64,000 nucleotides of DNA. Origin: a virus (Duplodnaviria > Caudoviricetes). The DNA lies in IMG/VR virus record IMGVR_UViG_3300034053_000021, positions 203-64,202 of that record; one strand, given 5' to 3'. Under the pieces are notes generated by a model, which was not told the DNA's origin, did no database searches, and saw nothing but the letters and a program-made list of their open reading frames with translations. Numbering within the stretch: the stretch's first letter is position 1; every line of letters starts with the position of its first letter. Of the stretch, positions 23,959-34,005 are shown piece by piece. The position numbers and the translations under genes were made by a program.

Positions 23959-24870
23959 ATGGCTATCAATCGTGCAGCAATTAAGAAGCAACTCCAAGAG
24001 GGCCTGAACGCCGTCTTCGGGCTTGAGTACAAGATGCAGCCTGAGCTGTGGAAAGACGCTTTCACCACAGTCAAGGAGTCCAAGAAAGCCTACATCGAGC
24101 AGGTGCTGATGGCAGGCTTGGGCGCTGCTCCGGTCAAGGCTGAGGGGGCTGGTGTCGCCTACGACGAGGCTCAGGAAGCATGGGTGTCGCGTTATGTCTT
24201 CGAGACGATCGCGCTGGCAGTGGCGATCACCGAAGAGGCGTTGGAAGACGACTTGTATGCCGATCTCGGCGCACAGATGGCGAAAGCTCTGGCCCGTTCG
24301 ATGGCGTACACCAAGAACGTCAAGGGCGCGAACATCTTGAACAACGGTTTCACTGCTGGCTACACCGGCGGCGATGGCAAGGTTCTGTTCGCAACCGATC
24401 ACCCGCTGGTGGGTGGAGGTACTCTGGCCAACACCCTGACGACTCAGGCTGACATGTCGGAGACCTCGATCGAAGATATGCTGATCCTTATCGGTGATGC
24501 TGTCGACGACCGCGGATTGCCGATCCACCTGACTGCGAAGAAGCTCATCACCCCGACCGAGCTGCAGTTTACGGCGCAGCGCATCCTCAAATCGGACGGC
24601 CGTGTAGGTACTGCCGACAACGACATCAACGCCATCAAGTCGATGAGCCTGATTTCGGGTGGCTTCAGCACCAACGTATTCCTGACCGATCCGGACGCTT
24701 GGTTCATCATCACTGATGCCCAGCAAGGTCTCCAGTATGTTGAGCGCAAGGCCATGCAGAAAGGTATGGAGGGCGATTTTGAGTCAGGCAATAGTCGTTA
24801 TAAAGTTCGCGAACGCTACGCGTTCGGTTGGACGGACCCGCGTGGGGCCTACGGCACCAGCGGCGCTTAA
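23959..24870 (+). CDS. Major capsid protein (HK97 fold, Mu gpT-like)
   Basis: MAINRA...EGLNAVFGLEY; GGDGKVLFATDHPL; DPDAWFI; RERYAFGWTDPRG. Confidence 0.92.
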   Translation: MAINRAAIKKQLQEGLNAVFGLEYKMQPELWKDAFTTVKESKKAYIEQVLMAGLGAAPVKAEGAGVAYDEAQEAWVSRYVFETIALAVAITEEALEDDLYADLGAQMAKALARSMAYTKNVKGANILNNGFTAGYTGGDGKVLFATDHPLVGGGTLANTLTTQADMSETSIEDMLILIGDAVDDRGLPIHLTAKKLITPTELQFTAQRILKSDGRVGTADNDINAIKSMSLISGGFSTNVFLTDPDAWFIITDAQQGLQYVERKAMQKGMEGDFESGNSRYKVRERYAFGWTDPRGAYGTSGA

Positions 24871-24885
24871 CCCCTGCGGCATACG

Positions 24886-24908
24886 AGCGGGCTTCGGCCC
24901 GCTTTTTC
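24886..24908 (+). terminator. Intrinsic terminator after the MCP
   Basis: AGCGGGC-TTCG-GCCCGCT TTTT. Confidence 0.85.
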
Positions 24909-24937
24909 TTGACGTGTATCTTTCGCTAACGTACAAT
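24909..24937 (+). promoter_or_regulatory. Promoter of the Hef-like endonuclease
   Basis: TTGACG-17-TACAAT. Confidence 0.7.
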
Positions 24938-24968
24938 TGAGTCCATACCATACAAAGGAGCGAGAGAA

Positions 24969-26678
24969 ATGCCTAGAGTTTTCGTTTTGTCGCAGTTGCT
25001 TGGGGAGCTTCCTGCAGCGCGGGTTGCAGAGTTGGAATGGCCGGCGGCTGTTTTGGTTGATGGGAAATTGAGGGTCAAGTGCCGCGAGCATGGAGCCGAG
25101 TACATGATCGCACCGGGGAACCTGCGTAGAGGGCAGAAAGGGTGTCCTGTATGCGCAGCAGCTGGGCGGGCGGAGGGGATAGTTGTAAAGAAGGCGCAAG
25201 CTATGGCTGCGGCGTTGGCGGAGGCAGCTAAAGTTCACAATGGGAAGTACGACTACTCGGATTTGCAGACGGACTCTGTAACCCAACTTGCGACGATACG
25301 GTGTCCGGTACATGGAGTATTTCATCAAACCATGGTGAGCCACTCCCGGGGGCACGGATGTGATGCTTGCGCGCAGTTGGTAAGGACAGCAAAGCAGACC
25401 GGCAAAGGGTGGGAGAAAAGGCTGGCGATCATCCGGAAATTCTGTTCCGAGCGCGGGTATACCGTAGCTGAGGATTTGTCGATTCCGCGAGCGTGGCGTT
25501 CAGCTGTGTCGGTGATGTGCAAGCATCATGGGGCGTTCCAGAGCACGGTAGGCTCGCTGGTGCATGGTAAGGGCTGTTGGAAGTGTTTCACCGAATTCCG
25601 TGCCGGGAAGCAAGCGAATGCGGATGGGGCGGCAACTTTTGTAGCGAAAGCCCGTAAAGTGCATGGCGATGCTTACGACTACTCGAAGTTCGTCTACGTC
25701 GATTCGTATGTGAAGGGCGAGGTGTTCTGCAAGAAGCACAACAAAACGTTCCTTGTTGCGCCGGGGAATCACGTTCAGGGCAAAGGCTGCCCTTCGTGTG
25801 GGGTACAGGTTTCGCATAACGAGGACGAGATTGCAGCGTTCCTGAAACAATTCGCAGTGGTGCGGCAGCGCGTGAGGGATGTGATCGCTCCGAGGGAGCT
25901 GGATATATACCTGCCCGAGCATGGACTGGCGATCGAGTACCACGGACTTTATTGGCACACCGAGGATCGTGTCGGAAATATGCACTTCGAAAAGTGGAAT
26001 GCCTGCGCGGATGCTGGTGTTGAGTTGTGGCAGATTTTCGAAGATGAGTGGAACACCAAGCGCGACGTGATTCAGCAGCGACTGGTGGCGAGGCTGGGGC
26101 GCGGGGCTAAGGTGGGGGCAAGGGCCTGCACTGTGGTGGACGTCTGTGCTGACGACGCCAAGGTGTTTTTCGACCGTACCCACTCGCAGGGCGGGCTAGG
26201 GTATTCCCCTGTCAGTTTGGGGCTTGAGCACGACGGCCAGCTAGTTGCTGTGGCGACATTTGGTCGGCAGCGGAATGGTGCGATGACGGTGGCTCAAGGG
26301 TGGGAGGTTTTGCGATATGCCAGCGTTGGGACAGTGTCTGGGGGGTTTGGGAGGCTGTTTGCGGAGTTCCTGCGCCGACACGACCCAGAAGAGGTCGTGT
26401 CGTTCTGCGATCTGCGGTGGGGGAATGGTCGGATGTATCAAGCCGTGGGGTTTGTGCTGGATCGGATCACCCCGGCGGATTATTGGTGGCTCGCGTACCG
26501 GTCGGGGAAGCACCGAATTCCTCGGTATCAGACCCAAAAACACAAGCTGAAAGGGCATGCGGTATTGGGGGCGTTCTACAAGGAAGAGCTGACGGAACGG
26601 CAAATCTGCGAGGCTGCCGGTTGGCAGCGGATTTTGGGCGTAGGGCATCAGCGGTGGGTTTGGACCCGCAAACCTTGA
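24969..26678 (+). CDS. Hef-like/DUF723 homing endonuclease (Zn-ribbon repeats + PD-(D/E)XK + C-terminal domain)
   Basis: Four C..HG.F.....H..G.GC..C repeats; ELDIYLPE..LAIEYHG.YWH; WQIFEDEW. Confidence 0.8.
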   Translation: MPRVFVLSQLLGELPAARVAELEWPAAVLVDGKLRVKCREHGAEYMIAPGNLRRGQKGCPVCAAAGRAEGIVVKKAQAMAAALAEAAKVHNGKYDYSDLQTDSVTQLATIRCPVHGVFHQTMVSHSRGHGCDACAQLVRTAKQTGKGWEKRLAIIRKFCSERGYTVAEDLSIPRAWRSAVSVMCKHHGAFQSTVGSLVHGKGCWKCFTEFRAGKQANADGAATFVAKARKVHGDAYDYSKFVYVDSYVKGEVFCKKHNKTFLVAPGNHVQGKGCPSCGVQVSHNEDEIAAFLKQFAVVRQRVRDVIAPRELDIYLPEHGLAIEYHGLYWHTEDRVGNMHFEKWNACADAGVELWQIFEDEWNTKRDVIQQRLVARLGRGAKVGARACTVVDVCADDAKVFFDRTHSQGGLGYSPVSLGLEHDGQLVAVATFGRQRNGAMTVAQGWEVLRYASVGTVSGGFGRLFAEFLRRHDPEEVVSFCDLRWGNGRMYQAVGFVLDRITPADYWWLAYRSGKHRIPRYQTQKHKLKGHAVLGAFYKEELTERQICEAAGWQRILGVGHQRWVWTRKP

Positions 26679-26739
26679 CACCCCCAAAAATCCCTGATAC
26701 CCTACGTAAATCCTACAACCGCTCTCAAAGGAGATTGAA

Positions 26740-27483
26740 ATGAGCACTGGGTTCAAGGGACCGATCGTCCACGGTACTGCCTCGACGGCAGACGGTTTTA
26801 ATTATCGCGTTGGCATGGGCATGATGCCTACCGCCGAGTTCATGGTATTCCATGACGACTTCATTCTGCCCTTCGCGTCGAACACGACCATCGGCTGGAC
26901 GGCGATCATCGACACCGGCGGCACCAGCATTACCAACCTGACCGCGACGGTCGGCGCCAACGGCGTCATGGCGATGAACTCGGACGATGCGTCCGAAGGT
27001 TCGGCGATCTACGGTGCGAAGGCGTTCCAGCTGGTCGCCAACAAGAAGATGTTCATCGAGTGCCGTGTGCGCTGCGATGACGTCACTGACAACACCTTCC
27101 AATTCGGCCTGTCGGCGTTGACCGCGGTGACCAACCCGGAAGACCTCTGGACGACTACGGCGACTGACTTGGTTACCTTCGGTCTGGGCGACGGCGACTC
27201 GAACCCGAAGATGCTGGTCGACAAGTCCAACAGCGGCACGTCGCAGCAGGTTCAGACGATCAAGGGCATGACCCCCGACACGTGGGCGACATTGGCGATC
27301 TATTTCGACGGCACGAATGTGCACGGCTTCGTCGACGGCACGTGGGTGATGAAGTGGGGTTCGGCGGCTTCGACCATCCCGGTTGGCGTACCGCTGGCTC
27401 CGTTTGTCGGCCACCTCAACGGTAACGGCGCAGGCAACAACACCTCGCTGGTAGACTACCTGAGAATTGTCTCGGAACGCTGA
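26740..27483 (+). CDS. Virion protein, lectin/ConA-like beta sandwich
   Basis: MSTGFKGPI; FHDDF; beta-rich; late operon. Confidence 0.65.
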   Translation: MSTGFKGPIVHGTASTADGFNYRVGMGMMPTAEFMVFHDDFILPFASNTTIGWTAIIDTGGTSITNLTATVGANGVMAMNSDDASEGSAIYGAKAFQLVANKKMFIECRVRCDDVTDNTFQFGLSALTAVTNPEDLWTTTATDLVTFGLGDGDSNPKMLVDKSNSGTSQQVQTIKGMTPDTWATLAIYFDGTNVHGFVDGTWVMKWGSAASTIPVGVPLAPFVGHLNGNGAGNNTSLVDYLRIVSER

Positions 27484-27529
27484 AAGTCCGGGGAGCTGCG
27501 GCTCCCCAACTTCAATCTAGGAGACGATT

Positions 27530-28177
27530 ATGCCGATTAAACCGAAACGCTGGGCGTTCACCCCGGTTACGGGTACAGCCACAAATATCCGCACTGCCTC
27601 GGCCGGCGCGACCGGCGCCTTGGTGCTCGACGGTGCCCTGATTGTTGGCGGCGTACTGCCTAAGCAAGAGCTGGCGTACTACCTGCTGCTGACGACGACC
27701 GCCGCGGACCAAGCGCGTGTGTTGACTATCGTCGGCACAGATGCTGACGGGAAAGCTCTGACGGAAACGATCAACCTGCCGAATGCGACGACTGCGATCA
27801 CAGTCAATGCCTTCCGCTCAATTACCAGCATCACGCTGGATGCCGGCGGAGCGACGATTGGAGATGTGTCCATCGGGACTTCGAATGCTACGCGTGCGGC
27901 GGTTACCCCCTCAATGCCCCTGGATATTTACTCCAAGGACACGGTGTTGGCTGCAGATGTGTCTGGCACGATCAATTTCACCCTGCAGAAATGCTACGAG
28001 ATGCTGAATCGCGGCGAGACGGCGAACTGGCTGACCGCGCAAGCTGCTGGGGCGATCGACGTGGTTACGGTGCTGACGAGTCAGGTGTCTGCGGTACGGA
28101 TTCTGATTTCGAGCTACACCAACACTGCGACGATTGCGCTGAACGTGAGTCAGGCAGGCTACATCGATCTGGAGTAA
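27530..28177 (+). CDS. Virion structural protein
   Basis: 215 aa, T/A-rich, AGGAG SD. Confidence 0.65.
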   Translation: MPIKPKRWAFTPVTGTATNIRTASAGATGALVLDGALIVGGVLPKQELAYYLLLTTTAADQARVLTIVGTDADGKALTETINLPNATTAITVNAFRSITSITLDAGGATIGDVSIGTSNATRAAVTPSMPLDIYSKDTVLAADVSGTINFTLQKCYEMLNRGETANWLTAQAAGAIDVVTVLTSQVSAVRILISSYTNTATIALNVSQAGYIDLE

Positions 28178-28180
28178 CCC

Positions 28181-28864
28181 ATGGCCAGCTCAGGTACGTA
28201 TGGCTACGCCCCAGAAGTCGGAGAGGTCATCGACGAAGCGTTCGAGCGGTGCGGCATCGACCCGGCAACGGTGACGGCGCGGCACCTGCGATCTGCACGG
28301 CGCAGCTTGAACCTGATGTTCTCGGACTGGGCAACCCGCGGTATCCGGCTATGGGCAGTCGACCAGCAGATGCAGGTAGTGACCCAGAGTGATGCGACGT
28401 ACACCGTGCCGGCCGGCACGGTGGGTATTCTCGAAATGGTGGTGCGCCGTGACGGAGTGGATACACCTGTGTGGCCTATGGCACGTGATGAATACCTCGC
28501 GATTCCTGACAAGACGACTGAGGGACTGCCGAATCGTTTTTGGTTTGAGCGCCTTGGTGGAGCCTCCTCGGTCATCCACTTGTGGGACGTGCCGGAGAAC
28601 AGCACCGACACCCTCGTGTACTACCGGTTGCGCCAGCTGCAGGACATCGTGACTTCAGCGGAGACACCAGATGTGCCGTATTTCTGGAACGAGGCGTTGG
28701 TGTCTGGTCTGGCAGCCAAGCTGGCGGAGAAGTACGCGCCGGATCGCGAAGGCGCCCTGATCCAGAAGGCTGAGATGCGGTTCAAAACCGCGAACACCGA
28801 GGATCGCGAGCGTACGCCCACGGCGACGCGGGTCAAGTACGCGGTCGGAATTCGGAGGCGGTAA
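28181..28864 (+). CDS. Head-tail adaptor/connector
   Basis: EVIDEAFERCG...ARRSLNLMFSDWA.RG; G.PNRFW. Confidence 0.75.
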   Translation: MASSGTYGYAPEVGEVIDEAFERCGIDPATVTARHLRSARRSLNLMFSDWATRGIRLWAVDQQMQVVTQSDATYTVPAGTVGILEMVVRRDGVDTPVWPMARDEYLAIPDKTTEGLPNRFWFERLGGASSVIHLWDVPENSTDTLVYYRLRQLQDIVTSAETPDVPYFWNEALVSGLAAKLAEKYAPDREGALIQKAEMRFKTANTEDRERTPTATRVKYAVGIRRR

Positions 28865-29160
28865 TGGCCGGCTATGCAAAAGGCACTCACGCCGTAGGCC
28901 AATGCCAGCGCTGCGGGGGGAAGACCAAGCTCAACCAACTCCGGCCTGACGGGGACAACGGGCTTTTGGTGTGTGCCGATTGCTACGACGTATACCATCC
29001 CGCAAAACGGCCAATCCGGACTGACGACGCAGTCGCACTACGCCGGCCGGCACCTGACCTTGACGCTGAAGCCTCTCGCGAGATCCCTGCACAGTTTGAC
29101 GAGCCTCTCGTCGATGCCCTCGATTGGGCGTCTGGCACTTACTTCGGAGGAGGCACCTGA
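28864..29160 (+). CDS. Small zinc-finger protein
   Basis: CQRCG...LLVCADCYD. Confidence 0.75.
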   Translation: MAGYAKGTHAVGQCQRCGGKTKLNQLRPDGDNGLLVCADCYDVYHPAKRPIRTDDAVALRRPAPDLDAEASREIPAQFDEPLVDALDWASGTYFGGGT

Positions 29161-29813
29161 TGGCCTCAAGTTTCACATACAACACGCTTGTGTCCGCGCT
29201 GCAGACGGTAACCGAGGATACCGGCTCTGAGTATTTGGCATTCATCCCGACGATCATCCAACTGGCCGAGGACAAGATCCTTCGTGACCTCGATCTGGAG
29301 CTGTTTGATACCGTCACTGCACTGGCCTTCACGGCGAGCAACCCGCTGTTGACGAAACCGACTGGTACGATCACAACTCGGTCGCTGCACTACGTCAACG
29401 CCTCGAACAACCGCACGCTGCTCGAACTGCGTAGCTGGGAGTACGTCAATGATTACTGGCCCAACCCGGCGACTACGACGGCAACTCCGAAGTATTACGC
29501 CGAGTATTCCGCAACACAGTGGCATGTTGCTGGGACGCCTAGCGGAACTAATGTGGTATATGCCCGCTGCGTAGTCCGTCCGACCGGGCTGACGTCGGGG
29601 AACCAGAACACGTGGTTATCGAACTACATGGGGGACCTGATGCTCTACGCATGCCTGGTCTGCTCGGAGCAGTATCTGAAGGCGGACAACCGGATCGGCG
29701 TCTGGACAGCAGATTATCTGAGCCGGCTCTCGGCAGCCAAGGTAGAATTGCGGCAGGAAGACCGGGTCGACTACACCCCGATGACTGTGACCAGCGAACG
29801 CGAAGGAAATTGA
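29160..29813 (+). CDS. Probable adaptor/tail tubular protein
   Basis: Y..LVSALQ...IP.IIQLAEDKI.RDL; LMLYACLV. Confidence 0.7.
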   Translation: MASSFTYNTLVSALQTVTEDTGSEYLAFIPTIIQLAEDKILRDLDLELFDTVTALAFTASNPLLTKPTGTITTRSLHYVNASNNRTLLELRSWEYVNDYWPNPATTTATPKYYAEYSATQWHVAGTPSGTNVVYARCVVRPTGLTSGNQNTWLSNYMGDLMLYACLVCSEQYLKADNRIGVWTADYLSRLSAAKVELRQEDRVDYTPMTVTSEREGN

Positions 29814-29814
29814 G

Positions 29815-31818
29815 ATGGCGGATACATATTCGACGGACTTGCGAATTCGGCTACAAGAAGACGGTGCGAACAGCTCGACATGGGGTCAGATAACAAATAC
29901 CAACCTCCAGCTGATCGAAGATGCGATCGCAGGAAAAGTCGACATCGCGACGACCGGCGGAACGACTGTTCTGACAGCGGTCAATGGGGCGACAGATCAG
30001 TCGCGGTATGCCATCCTCAAAGTGACCGGGGTGTTAGTGTCCAACGCGACGCTTCAGGTGCCGGATGTGTCGAAAGAATACCTGATCTGGAATGCGACGA
30101 GCGGGGCATATACCGTCACCGTGAAGGCCACGGCTGGGACCGGGGTTGCGGTGCTGCAGGGGTCGGTGGTGCAGGTGTTCTGCGACGGCGCCGAGGTGTA
30201 TCAGGTCGAGACCCCGCTGAGTGATCTGACAGGTTTGGGGGCCGGGGTAGCGACTTTCCTCACTACCCCTTCGTCGGCGAATTTGCGGTCCGCAGTGACT
30301 GACGAAACCGGCACGGGGTCGCTGGTGTTTGCGAATACACCGTCGCTGGCAACCCCCGTGCTGACCAACCCCTCATACAGCGGCGCCACGGCCAACGCCG
30401 GCACGGTGACGACCATCGACATCAACGGCGGCACCATCGACGGCACCACGCAAGCATCGGGCACGATCAACGGACCGATTGCCGCAGGGGGAACTTGGAC
30501 TGCCGCGGCGGCATGGACACTACCTGCGATTACGCTCGGTGGGACGGTTACATCGAACGGCCAGTCGTTCAGCGGGACCATTGCCAACCTTGGCACGGTA
30601 ACTACGGTGGATATCAACGGTGGCACGGTTGATGGCGCCGTCATCGGTGGGGCTTCTGCTGCGGCAATTACCGGAACGACGATTACTGCCACGACTTCGT
30701 TTGCTGGGGCGCTGAACGGTACAGTCGGCGCAACGACTCCCGCAGCAGGCACATTCACTACACTCACCTCAACAGGTAACGCAACGCTAGGTGATGCTGC
30801 CGCGACAGACGTACATGCGATCAACGGAGCAACAACGGTATCGGTGAATAGTGCATCCGCTGCTTTAACCATCAATCAGACTGGATCTGGTAATGCGCTG
30901 GTTGTTGAAGATGCTACGAGTCCTGATAGTACGCCGTTTGTTATCGATTCCGGGGGCTCTCCGATTGTTGGGCACACTGCAAAAATACTTTCCACCAGTC
31001 AGTGTGAGAGTCATTCTCTAGGTGCAGCCTCAAACTTGACGCAAGCGTTTTATAACTGGTCAAGTTCGACGGGTAGCCCACAGATTCGACTGTATCGCTC
31101 GAAGTCGGGAGTGATAGGAACTCAAGGCGCAGTTGCCTCTGGTGACACGCTTGCTTTTATTAGCGCATATGGAGATGACGGCACTGCATTTATCCCGGCA
31201 GCATCTATCGTAGCAGTAGTAGACGGCACTCCAGGCACCAACGACATGCCGGGGCGTTTGGTGTTTTCTACTACGGCAGACGGGGCTAGTTCTGCGACTG
31301 AGGCTTTGCGGATCAACTCGGCACAATCGGTTATCCCTGCGAAGCTGCTCGACCTCTCAACATCTACAGCCGGCCAGATCAAATTCCCCGCTACACAGAA
31401 CGCCAGTGCTGATGCGAATACGCTGGATGATTATGAAGAAGGGACTTTTACTCCAGTGCTGTCAGACGGCACAAATAACGCAACTGCTACAACTGCCCTT
31501 GGTAGGTATACCAAGATAGGCAGACTTGTGCAGTATGAAATTAGCTTAACCACCTCCGCTTTAGGTTCGGTAACAGGTGATTTGCGGATTACCGGGCTAC
31601 CGTTTGCATGTAATGCCAATATCAGTTGCGCCGCTGCTATTGGGTTAGCTACCGGGTTAAACATTACAAGCGGTCAAAACATAGCGGCACAAGCCAATGC
31701 CGCTAATTCTTATCTGACATTATGGTTAACTGATTCTGCGGCTGGTGTTACAGCGTTACAAGCTACAGAGTGGTCAGATGACGGATCAGCGAGAATTTGT
31801 GGCACATACACCATCTAA
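29815..31818 (+). CDS. Tail fibre protein
   Basis: TWG.ITN.N anchor; TT.DINGGT.DG repeats; DANTLDDYEEGTFTP..YTKIGRLV C-terminus. Confidence 0.88.
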   Translation: MADTYSTDLRIRLQEDGANSSTWGQITNTNLQLIEDAIAGKVDIATTGGTTVLTAVNGATDQSRYAILKVTGVLVSNATLQVPDVSKEYLIWNATSGAYTVTVKATAGTGVAVLQGSVVQVFCDGAEVYQVETPLSDLTGLGAGVATFLTTPSSANLRSAVTDETGTGSLVFANTPSLATPVLTNPSYSGATANAGTVTTIDINGGTIDGTTQASGTINGPIAAGGTWTAAAAWTLPAITLGGTVTSNGQSFSGTIANLGTVTTVDINGGTVDGAVIGGASAAAITGTTITATTSFAGALNGTVGATTPAAGTFTTLTSTGNATLGDAAATDVHAINGATTVSVNSASAALTINQTGSGNALVVEDATSPDSTPFVIDSGGSPIVGHTAKILSTSQCESHSLGAASNLTQAFYNWSSSTGSPQIRLYRSKSGVIGTQGAVASGDTLAFISAYGDDGTAFIPAASIVAVVDGTPGTNDMPGRLVFSTTADGASSATEALRINSAQSVIPAKLLDLSTSTAGQIKFPATQNASADANTLDDYEEGTFTPVLSDGTNNATATTALGRYTKIGRLVQYEISLTTSALGSVTGDLRITGLPFACNANISCAAAIGLATGLNITSGQNIAAQANAANSYLTLWLTDSAAGVTALQATEWSDDGSARICGTYTI

Positions 31819-31829
31819 GGAGAATTCAC

Positions 31830-32045
31830 ATGGCACTCACCGAACAACGTATTCTCAAAGCAGTCACCATCAAGCCGACTCAGGCGGCTATCGAGGTCCA
31901 ATGGGCCGACCAGATCCTTCGCGATGGTGAAGTCATCTCGGAGCAGTACCATCGCAAAGCATACGGTGCAGATCAGTCCGCCGAATTCCTCGTTGAAGTC
32001 GAAGGGGCGGCAGCATACGTTCAGGCGGCAGGATGGAACTCCTGA
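31830..32045 (+). CDS. Small tail-fibre-associated protein (chaperone-like)
   Basis: MALTEQ..., ILRDGEVISEQYHR; follows the fibre gene. Confidence 0.6.
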   Translation: MALTEQRILKAVTIKPTQAAIEVQWADQILRDGEVISEQYHRKAYGADQSAEFLVEVEGAAAYVQAAGWNS

Positions 32046-32311
32046 CCCTCTTCGCCGCGCTGCAAGTCGCTGACGGCATCTCGACGTTCGTGTTCCTCCG
32101 CAAAGGGGTGCTCGAGGCGAATCCGGTACTCGCCTACCTGTTCCAGCGGATCGATCCGCTCGCGGCGCTAATCGGAATCAAGTCGGCGGCAGTGTGGGCG
32201 GCGTATGCGACGATGGGTGTTCCGTACTGGAAAGAATGTGTCCTTACCTTCTGTGTGGTCTATACTGTTGTCGTAGTGAATAACATCCGACTGATCCTCA
32301 ACCACAGGTGA
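32033..32311 (+). CDS. Small membrane protein (DUF5658-like)
   Basis: LQVADGIST...GVLEANPV; three hydrophobic segments. Confidence 0.65.
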   Translation: MELLTLFAALQVADGISTFVFLRKGVLEANPVLAYLFQRIDPLAALIGIKSAAVWAAYATMGVPYWKECVLTFCVVYTVVVVNNIRLILNHR

Positions 32312-32314
32312 AAC

Positions 32315-32620
32315 ATGGACGTACTCAAAGATATCGGACTGCTCGGAATCTCGATCATCGTCGGTGTTGTCGGATGGTTGCTGAAGCAAAAGGATCAGGC
32401 GCAAGAGAAGGAGATCGACTTGCTCTGGAAGAAACATGACGAGGATGCCACGGCGCTCTCGACATTGAAAGAACGGGTAGATCGGGAGTATTACGCCAAG
32501 AGCGAACTCGACACCAAGATGAACGCCATCCGTACCGAAGTCCATGACGGGTTCCGCAAGATTGAGGACAAGATCGACAAGTTGATCGACTCCATGATCG
32601 CGTGTCACAAGAAGCCATGA
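32315..32620 (+). CDS. Membrane-anchored coiled-coil lysis-region protein
   Basis: N-terminal TM segment plus coiled coil. Confidence 0.65.
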   Translation: MDVLKDIGLLGISIIVGVVGWLLKQKDQAQEKEIDLLWKKHDEDATALSTLKERVDREYYAKSELDTKMNAIRTEVHDGFRKIEDKIDKLIDSMIACHKKP

Positions 32621-33036
32621 AACTGACCCTGATCCGCGACATCCTCGGCGTGGATTACACACGCGGGAACCTGCTCATCGATGGGGTAGAGTTCTGCAAG
32701 GTCATCGAGGACCGCGACCGCCAGCTTGAGCGGTATCCGGAGGCTAAGGTATATGGCAAGAGCGCCATTCCGCGCGGCACCTACGAGATCCGGATCACGA
32801 TGTCGACCCGGTTCAAGCGGGAATTACCGCTGCTGGTCGGTGTGTTTGGGTTCGAGGGTATCCGTATTCATCCGGGGAACACGGCGCTGGATACCGAGGG
32901 GTGCATCCTACCGGGTGTCGCTGACACTGACCGTCTGGACCGGGTACTCAAGAGTCGAGACACGTTTGAGTCGCTGTTCAAGCAGATCCGCTCCGCTGTT
33001 GATCGTGGTGAGCGGGTGGAGATTGATGTGAAATGA
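32617..33036 (+). CDS. DUF5675-family putative endolysin
   Basis: T.G.L.IDG..FC..IED; AIP.G.Y; GIRIHPGNT..DTEGCIL. Confidence 0.8.
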   Translation: MKLTLIRDILGVDYTRGNLLIDGVEFCKVIEDRDRQLERYPEAKVYGKSAIPRGTYEIRITMSTRFKRELPLLVGVFGFEGIRIHPGNTALDTEGCILPGVADTDRLDRVLKSRDTFESLFKQIRSAVDRGERVEIDVK

Positions 33037-33500
33037 CTACTATCGCGTGGGATGGAATGACGTTGGCATCTGACTCGCTTGCCGACAACAACGGTTTGCG
33101 CAACACAACCACCAAGTTGCACCGGGGTGTGTTGGTAGATGGTGTTCCATTTTTGCTTGGCGCCGCCGGGGAAAACGCATGGTCCAACATGCTACATGCT
33201 TGGGTCAAGACTCTGGACCTACGTGGCTTACAGCACGCCACCTACCCGCACCAAAACAACGATGGACCCGACCGCAATGATCCTGCCGCGATATTGATCT
33301 TGGGGGAGCGTGGGGTGTATTACAAGGGCGGTGCGGTGTGGGTGCGGCTTGAGGGTAGGGCATTCCATGCTGTTGGTAGTGGTAGGGACTTCGCGTTAGC
33401 CGCGATGCACCTTGGAAAAACCGCTGAAGAGGCAGTCGAATTGGCTATTGAGTTTGATTGTTATTCCGGCGGCCCTATTAGGTCGATGGAACTTAAATGA
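33033..33500 (+). CDS. Ntn-hydrolase / proteasome-subunit-like peptidase
   Basis: N-terminal MTTIAWDG..LASDS; AVGSG..FA.AAM; D.YSGG. Confidence 0.85.
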   Translation: MTTIAWDGMTLASDSLADNNGLRNTTTKLHRGVLVDGVPFLLGAAGENAWSNMLHAWVKTLDLRGLQHATYPHQNNDGPDRNDPAAILILGERGVYYKGGAVWVRLEGRAFHAVGSGRDFALAAMHLGKTAEEAVELAIEFDCYSGGPIRSMELK

Positions 33501-33603
33501 GATCCACGCTGCTCCGACTGCGGGTACAGATGTTGAAATTGCGCCTCGACGCTCCGTGGCCGAGTCAGCACGACTGGCGGCACTATTTGACTTTGAGGTT
33601 ACT

Positions 33604-34005
33604 ATGACTTGGACCCTACTGATTCAACCGATCATGTCAATTATTGACAAACTGATCCCGGACGCTGACGCGAAAGCCAAGGCGCAAGCGGATCTCCTGA
33701 TGATGCAAGCCAAGGGGGAACTCGATGCTCAGCTATCTCAGATCCAAGTTAATCTCAAGGAAGCTGAAAACCCGTCTGTCTTCGTGGCGGGTTGGAGACC
33801 CTTTACCGGCTGGGTCTGCGGGACTGCACTCGCCTACGTCGCCATCGTGGAGCCTGTCGCCCGGTTTGTGGCGTCTGTATGGTTCGGGTATTCCGGTGCG
33901 TTCCCGGTGATTGATACTGACCTGACGCTCCAAGTCCTACTCGGTATGCTCGGACTCGGCGCGTTCAGATCGTTTGAGAAGGTTAAGGATGTCGCTGCAA
34001 AATGA
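33604..34005 (+). CDS. 3TM holin
   Basis: IIDKLIPD..AKA; S.FVAGWRPF.GW.C; LLGMLGLG..RSFEK. Confidence 0.85.
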   Translation: MTWTLLIQPIMSIIDKLIPDADAKAKAQADLLMMQAKGELDAQLSQIQVNLKEAENPSVFVAGWRPFTGWVCGTALAYVAIVEPVARFVASVWFGYSGAFPVIDTDLTLQVLLGMLGLGAFRSFEKVKDVAAK

